Virus record (IMG/VR): IMGVR_UViG_3300035703_000103
Coordinates: 1-58,451 of that record
Reading direction: 5' to 3' (one strand)
DNA length: 58,451 nucleotides
Source of the DNA: a virus
Taxonomy: Duplodnaviria > Caudoviricetes
The notes under the pieces were generated by a model, which made no database searches, was not told the origin of the DNA, and saw only the letters and a list, made by a program, of their open reading frames with translations. Numbering within the stretch: position 1 is the first letter of the stretch; each line of letters begins with the position of its first letter. The translations under genes were made by a program, and so were the position numbers. Of this stretch, positions 26,332 to 35,840 are shown one piece after another.

Positions 26332-26358
26332 AACCCGCCCTGGCAACTCGGCGGGTTT
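26332..26358 (+). terminator. Hairpin/terminator
   Basis: AACCCGCC..GGCGGGTT. Confidence 0.55.
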
Positions 26359-26471
26359 GTCGCTTTCGGGGGCGGTCAATCACTCCGCCAAGCGCTAACC
26401 CTGTGACCTGTCCCCCGACCCTTTCCTCTCCCTGACCGCTCCTCTTTGGAATCTCCTGTCGGTCAGGACTT

Positions 26472-26494
26472 GCCCCATCACCGGGGCTTTTTTT
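26472..26494 (+). terminator. Intrinsic terminator in late leader (tR'-like)
   Basis: GCCCC-ATCACC-GGGGC-TTTTTTT. Confidence 0.65.
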
Positions 26495-26656
26495 ATTCCC
26501 GCAAGCAGCGTGTGCGGCACAACTGCTGCAGCCCTGCGATGTAGACCAGCGCGGCCACGACCTGAGCGCAAACCGCAGTTGCCGATTCCTGGCGCGGAAC
26601 GCGGGCAGGCGCAGGGCGGACAGCCGGGAAAGACCGGCACCACCAAAGGATTCCCC

Positions 26657-26911
26657 ATGAAGTGCATCTGCATCTGCATCGCTGATGACGGCACCTACAC
26701 CGTCCACCCCGAGGAGTACGACGCTCCTCCCGAGGGAGCGCAGCAGTTCGCCTCCGAGGAGGAACTGATGGCCGCTCTGCCTCAGATGCTCTCTGCTGAC
26801 GCCATGCCCGAGGAGGGCGATGTGGAGATGGAGGGCGAGGCCGAAACCAAGGCCATGAACGCCGCCTTTGAGGGTGGGTTCAAGGGTGCGCGTGGGGGCT
26901 CGGGGTACTGA
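26657..26911 (+). CDS. Acidic hypothetical protein
   Basis: RBS AAGGA; MKCICIC start. Confidence 0.65.
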   Translation: MKCICICIADDGTYTVHPEEYDAPPEGAQQFASEEELMAALPQMLSADAMPEEGDVEMEGEAETKAMNAAFEGGFKGARGGSGY

Positions 26912-26912
26912 G

Positions 26913-27401
26913 ATGGCGGCGGCAAAGCCCATTGATGTCCAGTCGCTTCGAGCCCAGGCTTCGGTGTGCGCAGAGCGCGGACTGCTGATCCGCCCTGATG
27001 GCTCTCCTTTCCCTGTCAGGGTTGGCGCCAAGGGCTACGCCCTCGTCACTTTGGGGGGCGTCACCAAGGCGGCTCATCGGCTCATTTGGGCTTTGGCCAA
27101 CGATGCCTCGCCGGATGGGCAGGTGGACCATATCGACGGCAACAAGCTGAACAACCGACCGGCCAACCTTCGGTGCGTCTCTGGACATGTGAATCAGCAG
27201 AACCGCAGAGGCGAAAACCGGAACAACATTCTCGGGCTCATGGGTGTTTCACCGAACCGTTGCAGCACTGTTCGTCCGTTCACTGCACACATCACCATCG
27301 CCGGCAAGAGTAAGTACCTTGGCAGCTTCAAGACTGCCGAGGATGCCCATCAGTCCTACTTGGCCGCCAAGCGTGCTCATCACGCAGGCTGCACCATCTG
27401 A
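26913..27401 (+). CDS. HNH homing endonuclease with AP2-like C-terminus
   Basis: AHRLIW..VDHIDGNKLNNRPANLR; YLGSFKTAEDAH. Confidence 0.9.
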   Translation: MAAAKPIDVQSLRAQASVCAERGLLIRPDGSPFPVRVGAKGYALVTLGGVTKAAHRLIWALANDASPDGQVDHIDGNKLNNRPANLRCVSGHVNQQNRRGENRNNILGLMGVSPNRCSTVRPFTAHITIAGKSKYLGSFKTAEDAHQSYLAAKRAHHAGCTI

Positions 27402-27416
27402 AGTAGAGCGAAGTAG

Positions 27417-27734
27417 ATGGCAAAGGGTGTCAAGACAGGTGGACGCTCGGCAGGGGTGCCCAACAAGGCCACGGGTGAGGCTCGTGCTGCCATTGCTCAG
27501 TTCGTTGACGGCAACGCCCATCGGCTGACCGAGTGGCTGGACCGGGTGGCCAACGGCGACCCCGAGAACGATGTCAAGCCAAACCCGGCCAAGGCGTTCG
27601 AGTTGTTTCAGTCTGTGGTGGAGTACCACATCCCCAAGCTGGCCCGTACCGAGATGACGGGCGAGGGCGGCGGGCCGGTGCAGCACTCCATCAATGTGAA
27701 GTTCGTCAACCCAGCGCCCAAGGGTGACAAGTGA
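27417..27734 (+). CDS. Probable terminase small subunit
   Basis: KTGGR..GVPNK; EMTGEGGGPVQ; directly upstream of terL. Confidence 0.65.
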   Translation: MAKGVKTGGRSAGVPNKATGEARAAIAQFVDGNAHRLTEWLDRVANGDPENDVKPNPAKAFELFQSVVEYHIPKLARTEMTGEGGGPVQHSINVKFVNPAPKGDK

Positions 27735-29011
27735 GCTTGGACGCGGAGTTCCCGGGCAAGCTGCAGTTCCTGTTTGAGCCCTACCGTTACAAGATCGCCT
27801 ATGGCGGCCGGGGATCGGGCAAGTCATGGTCGTTTGCTCGTGCGCTTCTCATCATGGGAGCCCAGGAGCAAACGCGCATCATCTGCGCCCGAGAGGTGCA
27901 GAAGTCCATCAAGGAGTCGGTTCACCGGCTGCTGTCGGACCAGATCGTAGAGCTTGGCCTGGAGGGCTTCTACGAGATTCTGGAGACTGAAATCCGGGGC
28001 AAGAACGGCACCACGTTCAGCTTCAGCGGCTTGGCCTCGCATACGGTGGAGTCGATCAAGTCCTTTGAGGGGGCTGACATCTGCTGGATCGAGGAGGCGC
28101 AGAGCGTTTCCAAGCGGTCCTGGGACATCCTGACGCCGACGATTCGCCGTCCTGGCTCTGAGATTTGGGTGAGCTTCAACCCCGAACTGGACAGCGACGA
28201 GACGTACAAGCGGTTCATCCTGAATCCGCCGCCCAACAGTCGCTCGGTGGAAATCAACTGGCGCGACAACCCCTGGTTCAGCGATGTGCTGGAGCAGGAG
28301 AGGCTGCACTGCAAGGCCACGGCGCCGGAGGATTACGACACGATCTGGGAGGGTAAGTGCCGCTCCGCAGTCGTGGGCGCCATCTATGCCAAGGAGATGG
28401 ACAACGCGGCGCGCGAGGGCCGGATCGCATTCGTGCCTTACGACCCCAAGCTCAAGGTGCATGTGGTGTTCGACCTGGGCTGGAACGACTCAATGGTGGT
28501 GAGTTTCACGCAGCGCCACCTCTCTAGCCTGCGCGTGATCGACGTGATCAAGGACTCGCACCGCACGCTGGACAGTTACTGCCAGGAAATCAAGGACCGC
28601 CGCTACAACCTGGGCCGGGTGTTCCTGCCGCATGACGGGTATCACAAGGACTTCAAGACCGGCAAGAGCGCGGCCGAGATGCTGCAGCGGTATTTCACCC
28701 GCAAGCAGATCAGGCAAGTCCCCAACGAGTCCATCGAGAACGGCATCAAGGCCGCCCGAATGACGCTGCCCATGACGGTCTTTGACAAGACCAAGGCCGC
28801 GCCGATGGTTGAGGACTTAAAGCGATACAGGCGGGCAATCAACTCGCAGACGCAGGAGCCTGGGGCTCCGCTGCACGACAACGCCAGTCACGGCGCGGAT
28901 AACTATCGGTACATCGCGCTGTGTGCCGAGCAGATGGTCAATGAGGAAGAAGGCTCTGTATCGGCCCGCGTGCCGGCCTTCGAGCCCTTTGACGCAACGA
29001 TGGGCGCATAG
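27731..29011 (+). CDS. terL: Terminase large subunit (PBSX/Terminase_3 type)
   Basis: YGGRGSGKS, CAREVQKSI, WIEEA, SFNP, DLG, SHGAD. Confidence 0.95.
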   Translation: MSLDAEFPGKLQFLFEPYRYKIAYGGRGSGKSWSFARALLIMGAQEQTRIICAREVQKSIKESVHRLLSDQIVELGLEGFYEILETEIRGKNGTTFSFSGLASHTVESIKSFEGADICWIEEAQSVSKRSWDILTPTIRRPGSEIWVSFNPELDSDETYKRFILNPPPNSRSVEINWRDNPWFSDVLEQERLHCKATAPEDYDTIWEGKCRSAVVGAIYAKEMDNAAREGRIAFVPYDPKLKVHVVFDLGWNDSMVVSFTQRHLSSLRVIDVIKDSHRTLDSYCQEIKDRRYNLGRVFLPHDGYHKDFKTGKSAAEMLQRYFTRKQIRQVPNESIENGIKAARMTLPMTVFDKTKAAPMVEDLKRYRRAINSQTQEPGAPLHDNASHGADNYRYIALCAEQMVNEEEGSVSARVPAFEPFDATMGA

Positions 29012-29019
29012 GAGAAAGC

Positions 29020-29385
29020 ATGGCAACAAGAAACGCAACCGTGGACTACGAGGTGTCCGAGCGGTGGCACGCGCGTCTGGTGCGCTGGTCGGGCCTGACG
29101 TTCACGACGCTGGACGATGGAGCGCCGGCTCAATGGGTGGAGTTCGCTGACCGCTGCTTCCAAGTCACGGGCACGTTCGGAGCCGGTGGCAGCTTGGTCA
29201 TCGAGGGCTCCAACGATGGCACGACATGGCACGCGCTGAGTGACCCGCAGGGCAACCCCCTGACGTTCACCACGGGCCGGATTGAGCAGGCCCTTGAACT
29301 GCCCCGATTCGTGCGTCCTCGCGTGACCGCGGGTGATGCGACCACCAACCTCACTGTGACGCTGATGATGCGGAGGGTTCAGTAA
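29020..29385 (+). CDS. Hypothetical virion-associated protein
   Basis: QVTGTFG..IEGSNDG..W. Confidence 0.7.
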   Translation: MATRNATVDYEVSERWHARLVRWSGLTFTTLDDGAPAQWVEFADRCFQVTGTFGAGGSLVIEGSNDGTTWHALSDPQGNPLTFTTGRIEQALELPRFVRPRVTAGDATTNLTVTLMMRRVQ

Positions 29386-29942
29386 TGGCAAGCAAGAAAG
29401 TGGACGCCGCTGCGTCCAGCCCCGAGCAGGCGAACTTCATGGAAGCCGCCGACAACATCCGCCGCGCAGCCAAGATGCTTGATGGTTTCCGTCTCGCGGC
29501 CGAGGCGCTGGAGAAGGTCGGCTCGGTCGATCAGGCCCTGCGAGAGCGTGAGGCTGCGCTGGCCGCAGCAGAGTCCGAGACGGTCGAAGTCAAGGCCAAG
29601 CTCGACAAGGCCAAGGCTGCGCTCAAGGGTGCGGAGGCGGAGGCCGAGTCCTTGATTGCTGGCGCTACCGATAAGGCCGAGAAGATCGTGTCCGATGCTC
29701 AAGCACTGGCGAAAGAGGCCGCCGACAACATCGTGGCTCGGGCCAACGCTGACGTGGACAAGACCATCGACCAGGGCAAAGCCGCGCTGCAGGAGCTGCA
29801 GGCCAAGGCCAAGAAAGCCCAGGCCGATGCGGCCGCTGCGCAGGCCAAGGCTGAGTCGATGGCTGCTGAGATTTCGGCCAAGCAAGCTCAACTGGATGCG
29901 CTGCAGGCCAGCCTCGACGCCCTGAAAGCCAAGCTCGCATAA
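29385..29942 (+). CDS. Ala/Lys-rich coiled-coil protein
   Basis: Composition; coupled to previous gene. Confidence 0.7.
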   Translation: MASKKVDAAASSPEQANFMEAADNIRRAAKMLDGFRLAAEALEKVGSVDQALREREAALAAAESETVEVKAKLDKAKAALKGAEAEAESLIAGATDKAEKIVSDAQALAKEAADNIVARANADVDKTIDQGKAALQELQAKAKKAQADAAAAQAKAESMAAEISAKQAQLDALQASLDALKAKLA

Positions 29943-29957
29943 GGCTTGGGGCCATAA

Positions 29958-30365
29958 ATGGTTGACAACACCCGCCTCAACCCAGGGGAGGGCGGGGATG
30001 TCATTGCCGCTGATGATGTCAATGGCGTCAAGTTTCAGCGGGTCAAGCTCACCCTTGGCGGTGACGGCCAAGACCAAGGCGATGTGCATGACGGCAACCC
30101 GCTGCCTGTCATTGACGCATTCGTTGCGGGGTCTTGGGCCTATCTGACGGGGGTGGCCGGGGACGTTCAGTTGCCGCCGCTGTCGCGCGTGCTGAGCATC
30201 AGCGCGGTCACGGGGATGTCTGCTGGGTCGGTGGCTGTGGCTGGTGGGCCGCCCATTGCGTTGCCCGCGGGCTTTGCCCTGACGCTTGAGCCGCGCGGGA
30301 CTTTAGAGGCCCCTGCCGTGTCATTTGCGAACACCCTGAGCTATCTCATTGAGTATGTCGTGTGA
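29958..30365 (+). CDS. Hypothetical structural protein
   Basis: GVKFQRVKL..NPLPV motif. Confidence 0.65.
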   Translation: MVDNTRLNPGEGGDVIAADDVNGVKFQRVKLTLGGDGQDQGDVHDGNPLPVIDAFVAGSWAYLTGVAGDVQLPPLSRVLSISAVTGMSAGSVAVAGGPPIALPAGFALTLEPRGTLEAPAVSFANTLSYLIEYVV

Positions 30366-30604
30366 TGGCCGGGTTTCGTGCAGCGTTTTCGTCCGCTCGG
30401 CCTGCGCCGTATGTCGCGCAGCTCAGCGGCAAGGCGGTCTACATACCGCGCACTGAACACGGGCACTCTTTCGTGGGTTCTGTGGTTGTGCTGACCGAGG
30501 CCGGTGAAGTCGTCTCGGTTGAGGTGGCCATCGACGAGGACGAGGGTGTCTACATCGAATCAAACGTGGACCTGATCTTCCATCGGGTTCGCATCACTTC
30601 ATAA
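30362..30604 (+). CDS. Hypothetical protein
   Basis: Coupled ORF. Confidence 0.55.
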   Translation: MMAGFRAAFSSARPAPYVAQLSGKAVYIPRTEHGHSFVGSVVVLTEAGEVVSVEVAIDEDEGVYIESNVDLIFHRVRITS

Positions 30605-30671
30605 AAAACCAAGACCATCAATAAGAAGGCAATTCGTAAGCGAATCAACCTCATCACATTAGGGATACATC

Positions 30672-31583
30672 ATGGCTTCCAAACAGTATTACCACGACAT
30701 TGACCTCGCAGGCGTTGGTCAACTCCTGGGCGCACGCCTGCAAAACCTGTCTGCCTCTGGCATGGCCGCACTGGCTGCGCAACTGGGCATGGACAACGCC
30801 GGTCTGACGGTCTACTCGACCACGGACAAGCGCATCTACGTGTGGAACGGCGCGGCTTTCGATCCGTTCCAGATCGACGTTGAGGGCGACATCAAGTTCC
30901 GTGGCTCGATCAACGCGGGCAATGCGGGCACCGTTGAGAAGATCAGCGGCTATCAGTATGTCGTGGACATGGCCGGTACGCTCACCGCTGCCGGTGTCAC
31001 GTTCAGCCCGAGCGCCGTTGTCGAGGTGGGCGATCAGGTGCTGTTCATCAGCGCCACTGAGGCTGTCGTCATTCAGCGCAATGATGTCACCGCCACCGAA
31101 ACGGTTGCCGGAAACATCCTGCTGGCCTCGCAGGCTGAAGTCAATGCGGGCATGGTCGCTGACGAGGCCGTCACGCCTGCCACCTTGCACGGCTATCTTG
31201 ACCCGCTGTTTGCTGCGCAAGCCGCGAAGGACGCCGAGCAAGATGCACGCATCCTTGCGACCGAGCAGAAAAACGCCGAGCAGGATTTGCGCCTTGACGC
31301 CGTTGAGGCCGAGAACCTTGCTCAAGACGGTCGCTTGGCTTCCCTTGAGGCTGACCGCCTGAAGCACTACTTCGCTTCGGTGAACTTGGCCGCTGGCGTG
31401 CCCTTCACTGTGACGCACGGCTTGGGCCTCGTTGACCGCGATGGCTTCGTCATCAACACGCAGTTCGGCAACAGCCAGATCAGCTTGGACACCGACTCGG
31501 TGAGCGCCAACGCGATCACGCTGACCTCCTTGGTGCCGCTGACCGGCGTGAAGGTGACCATCATCGGTCGCTCGGCCTCTTGA
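30672..31583 (+). CDS. Fibre/decoration-like structural protein
   Basis: ATETVAG..LASQAEV..AVTPATL; coiled coil; VTHGLG C-terminal domain. Confidence 0.65.
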   Translation: MASKQYYHDIDLAGVGQLLGARLQNLSASGMAALAAQLGMDNAGLTVYSTTDKRIYVWNGAAFDPFQIDVEGDIKFRGSINAGNAGTVEKISGYQYVVDMAGTLTAAGVTFSPSAVVEVGDQVLFISATEAVVIQRNDVTATETVAGNILLASQAEVNAGMVADEAVTPATLHGYLDPLFAAQAAKDAEQDARILATEQKNAEQDLRLDAVEAENLAQDGRLASLEADRLKHYFASVNLAAGVPFTVTHGLGLVDRDGFVINTQFGNSQISLDTDSVSANAITLTSLVPLTGVKVTIIGRSAS

Positions 31584-31597
31584 TGAGGTAGACGCGG

Positions 31598-31891
31598 GTG
31601 GATAAGCAGTCTTTCGAGCAGTGGTTCATGTCCAACTTGGACATGATGGCCGAACTGGGGATCATGCACTACAACTCCCCTTGGGGGAGGACGGTGCGGT
31701 TGTCCTTAGCGGTCAACGCCCCACTGATTGAGGCTCTGTCCACCCGCGTTGATGTGCTCGAAAGGGCACTGGCGCAGGCTCTGGAGCAGATCGAAGCCAA
31801 GACTCAAAAGGTCGAGGCAGAAGTGACGCCAGAGCCTGTACCCAAGACAAGGCGCACGCGCAAGAAAAAGGCAGAGGTTGACGATGAGTGA
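31598..31891 (+). CDS. Hypothetical protein
   Basis: RBS GAGG, GTG start. Confidence 0.55.
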   Translation: MDKQSFEQWFMSNLDMMAELGIMHYNSPWGRTVRLSLAVNAPLIEALSTRVDVLERALAQALEQIEAKTQKVEAEVTPEPVPKTRRTRKKKAEVDDE

Positions 31892-32037
31892 CCTTCTTGC
31901 CAACGGCCTGCTGGTGCCGGTGCTTTCATCGCCTCCTGCGCCGCCAGAACAAGCGGGGCTTATCAAGCTGTTCTACATGGACGGAAGCCTGTTCTCCATT
32001 GATTTCACTGGGGCGGTCGTGAGGCTGACGAACTGAG

Positions 32038-32823
32038 ATGGCTGACCGATTCGGCGTCGCCCCACAAATCCCGGTGCTGGACACAGTGCCACCGGGGTCG
32101 CCTGGATTCCTGCGCGTGTATGGCAGGGGCGACAAGGTGTATGCGGTTGACGAGAACGGTGTCGAGACGCTGCTGACCAACGAAGCCGGTGGCGGTGGTG
32201 GTGGTGGGATTCAGTTCCCCTTTTCCCTGCTATCGGGCCTGACGCAACGAACCTTCCTGAGCACCGTGGAGCAACGAGCCAATTCCGCGTTCAATTTGGT
32301 CAAAACGACCTATCAATACTCAGGCAATTACGGCGCAGCAACTGCCGCCTCAGCCGCAGTCACCGGCAACCGCAACTGGACGAACCCGGCGAACGCACAA
32401 GCTCTGCCCAACGGCACAGTTGCCACATTGACGGCAACGGCAACCGCAGCGGCCAACGCCAACTTGACGCTGACCTACACCGGGTTGACCGGCAAGACGG
32501 CATTTCCGATCACCCAAGTGTTGCTTGTGTTTCATGCCTCGCTGACCGTGGGCACATTGCAAACCGTGAGCATGGTGGGCCGCTACTCGCTCAATGGCGG
32601 CACCAACTACACGCAGCTTTTCTCCCGCAACGCTGCATTCAACAACATTGCAGCCGGTGAGTCGTTTGACATCACCTCTGCCATCGGCGGCAACTGGGCC
32701 AACCTTGCCAACGTGCGCGTACAGATTCAGGGCACTCTGGGCACATCCATTGGAACTGGCACGGCCAGCGTGGATGCTGTTCGGCTTGTTGTCGCAACCA
32801 CTCCAATCGAGGTGATGCAGTAA
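32038..32823 (+). CDS. Beta-rich hypothetical structural protein
   Basis: T/A/N/G-rich, WTNPANA motif. Confidence 0.7.
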   Translation: MADRFGVAPQIPVLDTVPPGSPGFLRVYGRGDKVYAVDENGVETLLTNEAGGGGGGGIQFPFSLLSGLTQRTFLSTVEQRANSAFNLVKTTYQYSGNYGAATAASAAVTGNRNWTNPANAQALPNGTVATLTATATAAANANLTLTYTGLTGKTAFPITQVLLVFHASLTVGTLQTVSMVGRYSLNGGTNYTQLFSRNAAFNNIAAGESFDITSAIGGNWANLANVRVQIQGTLGTSIGTGTASVDAVRLVVATTPIEVMQ

Positions 32824-33197
32824 TGGCCGCAGCTTTTCTCAACAACGGCTTGACGGGCATCCGCGATGGCCTCAAGACCACGTACCCCCAGATCGGGCTT
32901 GCATCGGACAACACGGCCTTTGCCGCCACGCAGACGCGCCTGAATCCATCGGCTGCGGGCACGGTGCTCATCAAGGCCGCGACGTTCACTGACCTGACGC
33001 CCACGAGCTATCGGGGCACGATCAGCGTCAACGGCAGCACCGAGTTCACCAACGCCACGATCTTCACGGTGGGCATTTGCAAGACCACTGACCCGACAAC
33101 GGCTGGATCGCGCTCGGTTCGCACCCAAGGAATCGGCGTGCAGGCGGGCGACAGCTTCACGATTGGCGTGGAGATTGCGGTTTCTGATATTTCCTGA
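32823..33197 (+). CDS. Hypothetical structural protein
   Basis: Coupled, beta-rich. Confidence 0.7.
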   Translation: MAAAFLNNGLTGIRDGLKTTYPQIGLASDNTAFAATQTRLNPSAAGTVLIKAATFTDLTPTSYRGTISVNGSTEFTNATIFTVGICKTTDPTTAGSRSVRTQGIGVQAGDSFTIGVEIAVSDIS

Positions 33198-33312
33198 GAG
33201 ACGACTGCGTAATGCTCCTCGCCCTCCAGAACAACATGCTGCTGATGCGCAGGAACGGCGGCGGCCTCTACATCCTGCAGCGCCGCCGATTCCGTCGCGG
33301 CTGAGGTAACAC

Positions 33313-35574
33313 ATGGACCAGATGACCGATTACACCGAAGACGAGCTGCAGGCGGCCCGGGAAAAGCTCGCCGCAAAGGTCGATTCCTTTGGTGCGGCGC
33401 TCGTGTCCAAGCGGCAGGAGGCCATCACCGGGCGCAAGAACTCGGGCATCGAGGACGAGTGGACCCTGGCCGAAGAAAGCTATCAGGGGGTGGATGACGC
33501 CAACCGAGCCGAAAACCTGGGAAAGCCCAGCGGACACAACGGTGGATACATCAACTCGGCAGTGCGGCCCGCTGCGGGAACTCGCTCAACCGTCTACCTC
33601 AACATTACGCGCCCGTATGTGGACGCAGCGGCCGCCAAGGTGGGCGACATGCTGCTGCCCACGGACGACCGCAACTGGGGCATCAGTCCGACTCCGGTTC
33701 CGGCAATCGCCAAGGTCGAGGAGAGCCAAGAGCTGGCCAACACACCGATGGCGCAGGCGATCCTGGACTTGCAGGCCAAGGCGCGTGAGGCGTGCAAGGG
33801 GGCCGAGCGGCAGATTGAGGACTGGCTGGTGGAGTGCCAGTGGCACGCCGAGTTCCGCAAGGTCATCGAGGACTGCGCGCGACTGGGCACAGGGGTCTTG
33901 AAGGGGCCGTTCCCCACCAAGCGCAAGTCCAAGGCAGTCAAGCGCATCGGCGGCATGACCGCCATGATGATGGAGGAGCGCATTTGCCCAGCCTCGCAGT
34001 GCATCAACCCTTGGAACTTCTACCCCGACCCGTCCTGTGGAGAGGACATCCAGGACGGCAGCTACTGCTGGGAGAAGGACTTGATCAGCGCCAAGAAGCT
34101 GCGCGAACTCAAGGGCATCCCCGGATACCTGAGCTGGCAGATCGACAAGGTGCTGGAAGAAGGCCCGGGCGGAAAGCACAAGACCGAGACGTTTGCCCCG
34201 GGCAAGGTCAAGGCTCAGGACGACGACCAGTTTGAAATCTGGTACTTCCACGGCACCGCATCCCGCGAGGACTTGGAAGCCGCGGGCGTTGAAATCCCGG
34301 GCGATCAGATGTTGGCGGTGCCATGCCTGGTGATCATGGTCAACGACTGCGTGATCCGCGCAGCACTCACGCCGATGGATGACGGGGAGTACCCGTATGA
34401 CGTGATGCCTTGGCAGCGCAAGCCCAACATGCCGTGGGGCACGGGCATCGCTATCCAGATCAACACGCCCCAGCGGATGATCAACGCAGGCGCTCGCAAC
34501 ATGATGGACAACGCCGGCTACTCGGCTGGGCCTCAGATTGCGATGAGACGTGATGCGGTGGAGCCCGCAGACGGCACTTGGCAGATCACGCCTCGCAAGA
34601 TTTGGTTCATCAAGGAAGGCGCGGATGTCAACGCTGTGCAGCAAGCCATTGTTGCCATCAACATCCCCACGATGCAGCAGGAACTGCTGAACATTATTCA
34701 GTTCGCCCTGAAGATGGCCGAGGACGTGACTGGCCTGCCGATGATCATGCAGGGTCAGACTGGGCAGCAGGGCAGGGCGGCCGAGACGGTTGGCGGCATG
34801 CAGATGCTCAACAACAACGCCTCTGTCGTGCTGCGCCGCATCGCCCGTCTTGCTGATGACCGCGTGACCGAGCGCCACATCCGCCGCTATTACCGCTGGC
34901 TGATGGAGTTCCATGATGACGACTCCATCAAGGGTGACTTCCAGATCGACGCCCGCGGCAGCACGGCTCTGGTAGAGCGCGATTTACAGAATCAGACGAT
35001 TCTTGGCATGGCAGAGATGGTCCTAAACCCGGCCTTCGAGGTTGACCCGAAGAAGTGGTTTAGCGAGTTCTTGAAGTCGCAGCGCCTGGACCCCGAGCGG
35101 TTCCAGATGGACAAGGAAAAGCTGGCCGAGGTGCAAGCCGCTGCAGCCCAGCAGCCCCAGGCCCCGCAGATCGCAGCCGCGCAGATTCGCGCCGAGACGG
35201 AACTGCAAAAGACGCAGATGCTGTTGCAGGCCAAGGCTCAGGAGTCGCAGCAGGAGGCCGAGCTTCGCATGATGCAGGCCCAAAGCGAGTACGACCGCGA
35301 TACGGCTTACGTACAGGCAGAGAACCAGCGCACGCAGATTGAACACGAGGCCAAGATGCAGGAACTCATGCTCAAGCGCGAACTCGCCATGCTGGACTAC
35401 GCCAACAAGCGCGAGATGACGCTGGAGCAGGTCAAGGCCGATCTTGCAAAGGAATCCATGCGGATCAACTCGGTCAAGGAACTGGCTGCGATGAAGGCCA
35501 GCGCCGACATGATGCCCAAGCCCCCGGTTGAGCCGGCTGGCAGGGCGCAGAACGGGATGAGCTACCAGCAGTGA
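33313..35574 (+). CDS. Portal protein with C-terminal coiled coil
   Basis: NITRP..GTGVLKGP..FYPDP..WG.G..Q..IN...R..MDN; size and position. Confidence 0.9.
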   Translation: MDQMTDYTEDELQAAREKLAAKVDSFGAALVSKRQEAITGRKNSGIEDEWTLAEESYQGVDDANRAENLGKPSGHNGGYINSAVRPAAGTRSTVYLNITRPYVDAAAAKVGDMLLPTDDRNWGISPTPVPAIAKVEESQELANTPMAQAILDLQAKAREACKGAERQIEDWLVECQWHAEFRKVIEDCARLGTGVLKGPFPTKRKSKAVKRIGGMTAMMMEERICPASQCINPWNFYPDPSCGEDIQDGSYCWEKDLISAKKLRELKGIPGYLSWQIDKVLEEGPGGKHKTETFAPGKVKAQDDDQFEIWYFHGTASREDLEAAGVEIPGDQMLAVPCLVIMVNDCVIRAALTPMDDGEYPYDVMPWQRKPNMPWGTGIAIQINTPQRMINAGARNMMDNAGYSAGPQIAMRRDAVEPADGTWQITPRKIWFIKEGADVNAVQQAIVAINIPTMQQELLNIIQFALKMAEDVTGLPMIMQGQTGQQGRAAETVGGMQMLNNNASVVLRRIARLADDRVTERHIRRYYRWLMEFHDDDSIKGDFQIDARGSTALVERDLQNQTILGMAEMVLNPAFEVDPKKWFSEFLKSQRLDPERFQMDKEKLAEVQAAAAQQPQAPQIAAAQIRAETELQKTQMLLQAKAQESQQEAELRMMQAQSEYDRDTAYVQAENQRTQIEHEAKMQELMLKRELAMLDYANKREMTLEQVKADLAKESMRINSVKELAAMKASADMMPKPPVEPAGRAQNGMSYQQ

Positions 35575-35777
35575 AGCTCACCCAGTACGAACTCCAGAGC
35601 GCCGTGTGGGTGAAGCTGCGCGAGCACCTGGAGCAGCAACTGAATGACTGTCGCTGTCGCAATGACGGCGACTTGAACGAAATCGAGACATCAAGATTGC
35701 GTGGTCGTATCTCGTGTCTCAAAGCAATCCTGGCGATTGGGGAACCAACACCAGAGCAGCCGAGGCCCGACGCTTAA
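35571..35777 (+). CDS. Small post-portal protein
   Basis: W..LR....ND...T..LRGRI motif; typical position. Confidence 0.75.
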   Translation: MKLTQYELQSAVWVKLREHLEQQLNDCRCRNDGDLNEIETSRLRGRISCLKAILAIGEPTPEQPRPDA

Positions 35778-35802
35778 AGCGCCGACGCTTCATCCCCGAA
35801 AT

Positions 35803-35830
35803 GCCCGCCTTGTGCGGGCTTTGTCTTTTC
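35803..35830 (+). terminator. Terminator-like hairpin
   Basis: GCCCGC-CTTGT-GCGGGC-TTTTGTCTTTT. Confidence 0.6.
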
Positions 35831-35840
35831 TGGAGCCCGT

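Noticed and set aside
33586-34914. 442-aa antisense ORF
   Set aside because: Shadow of the portal gene from GC3 bias; no motifs.
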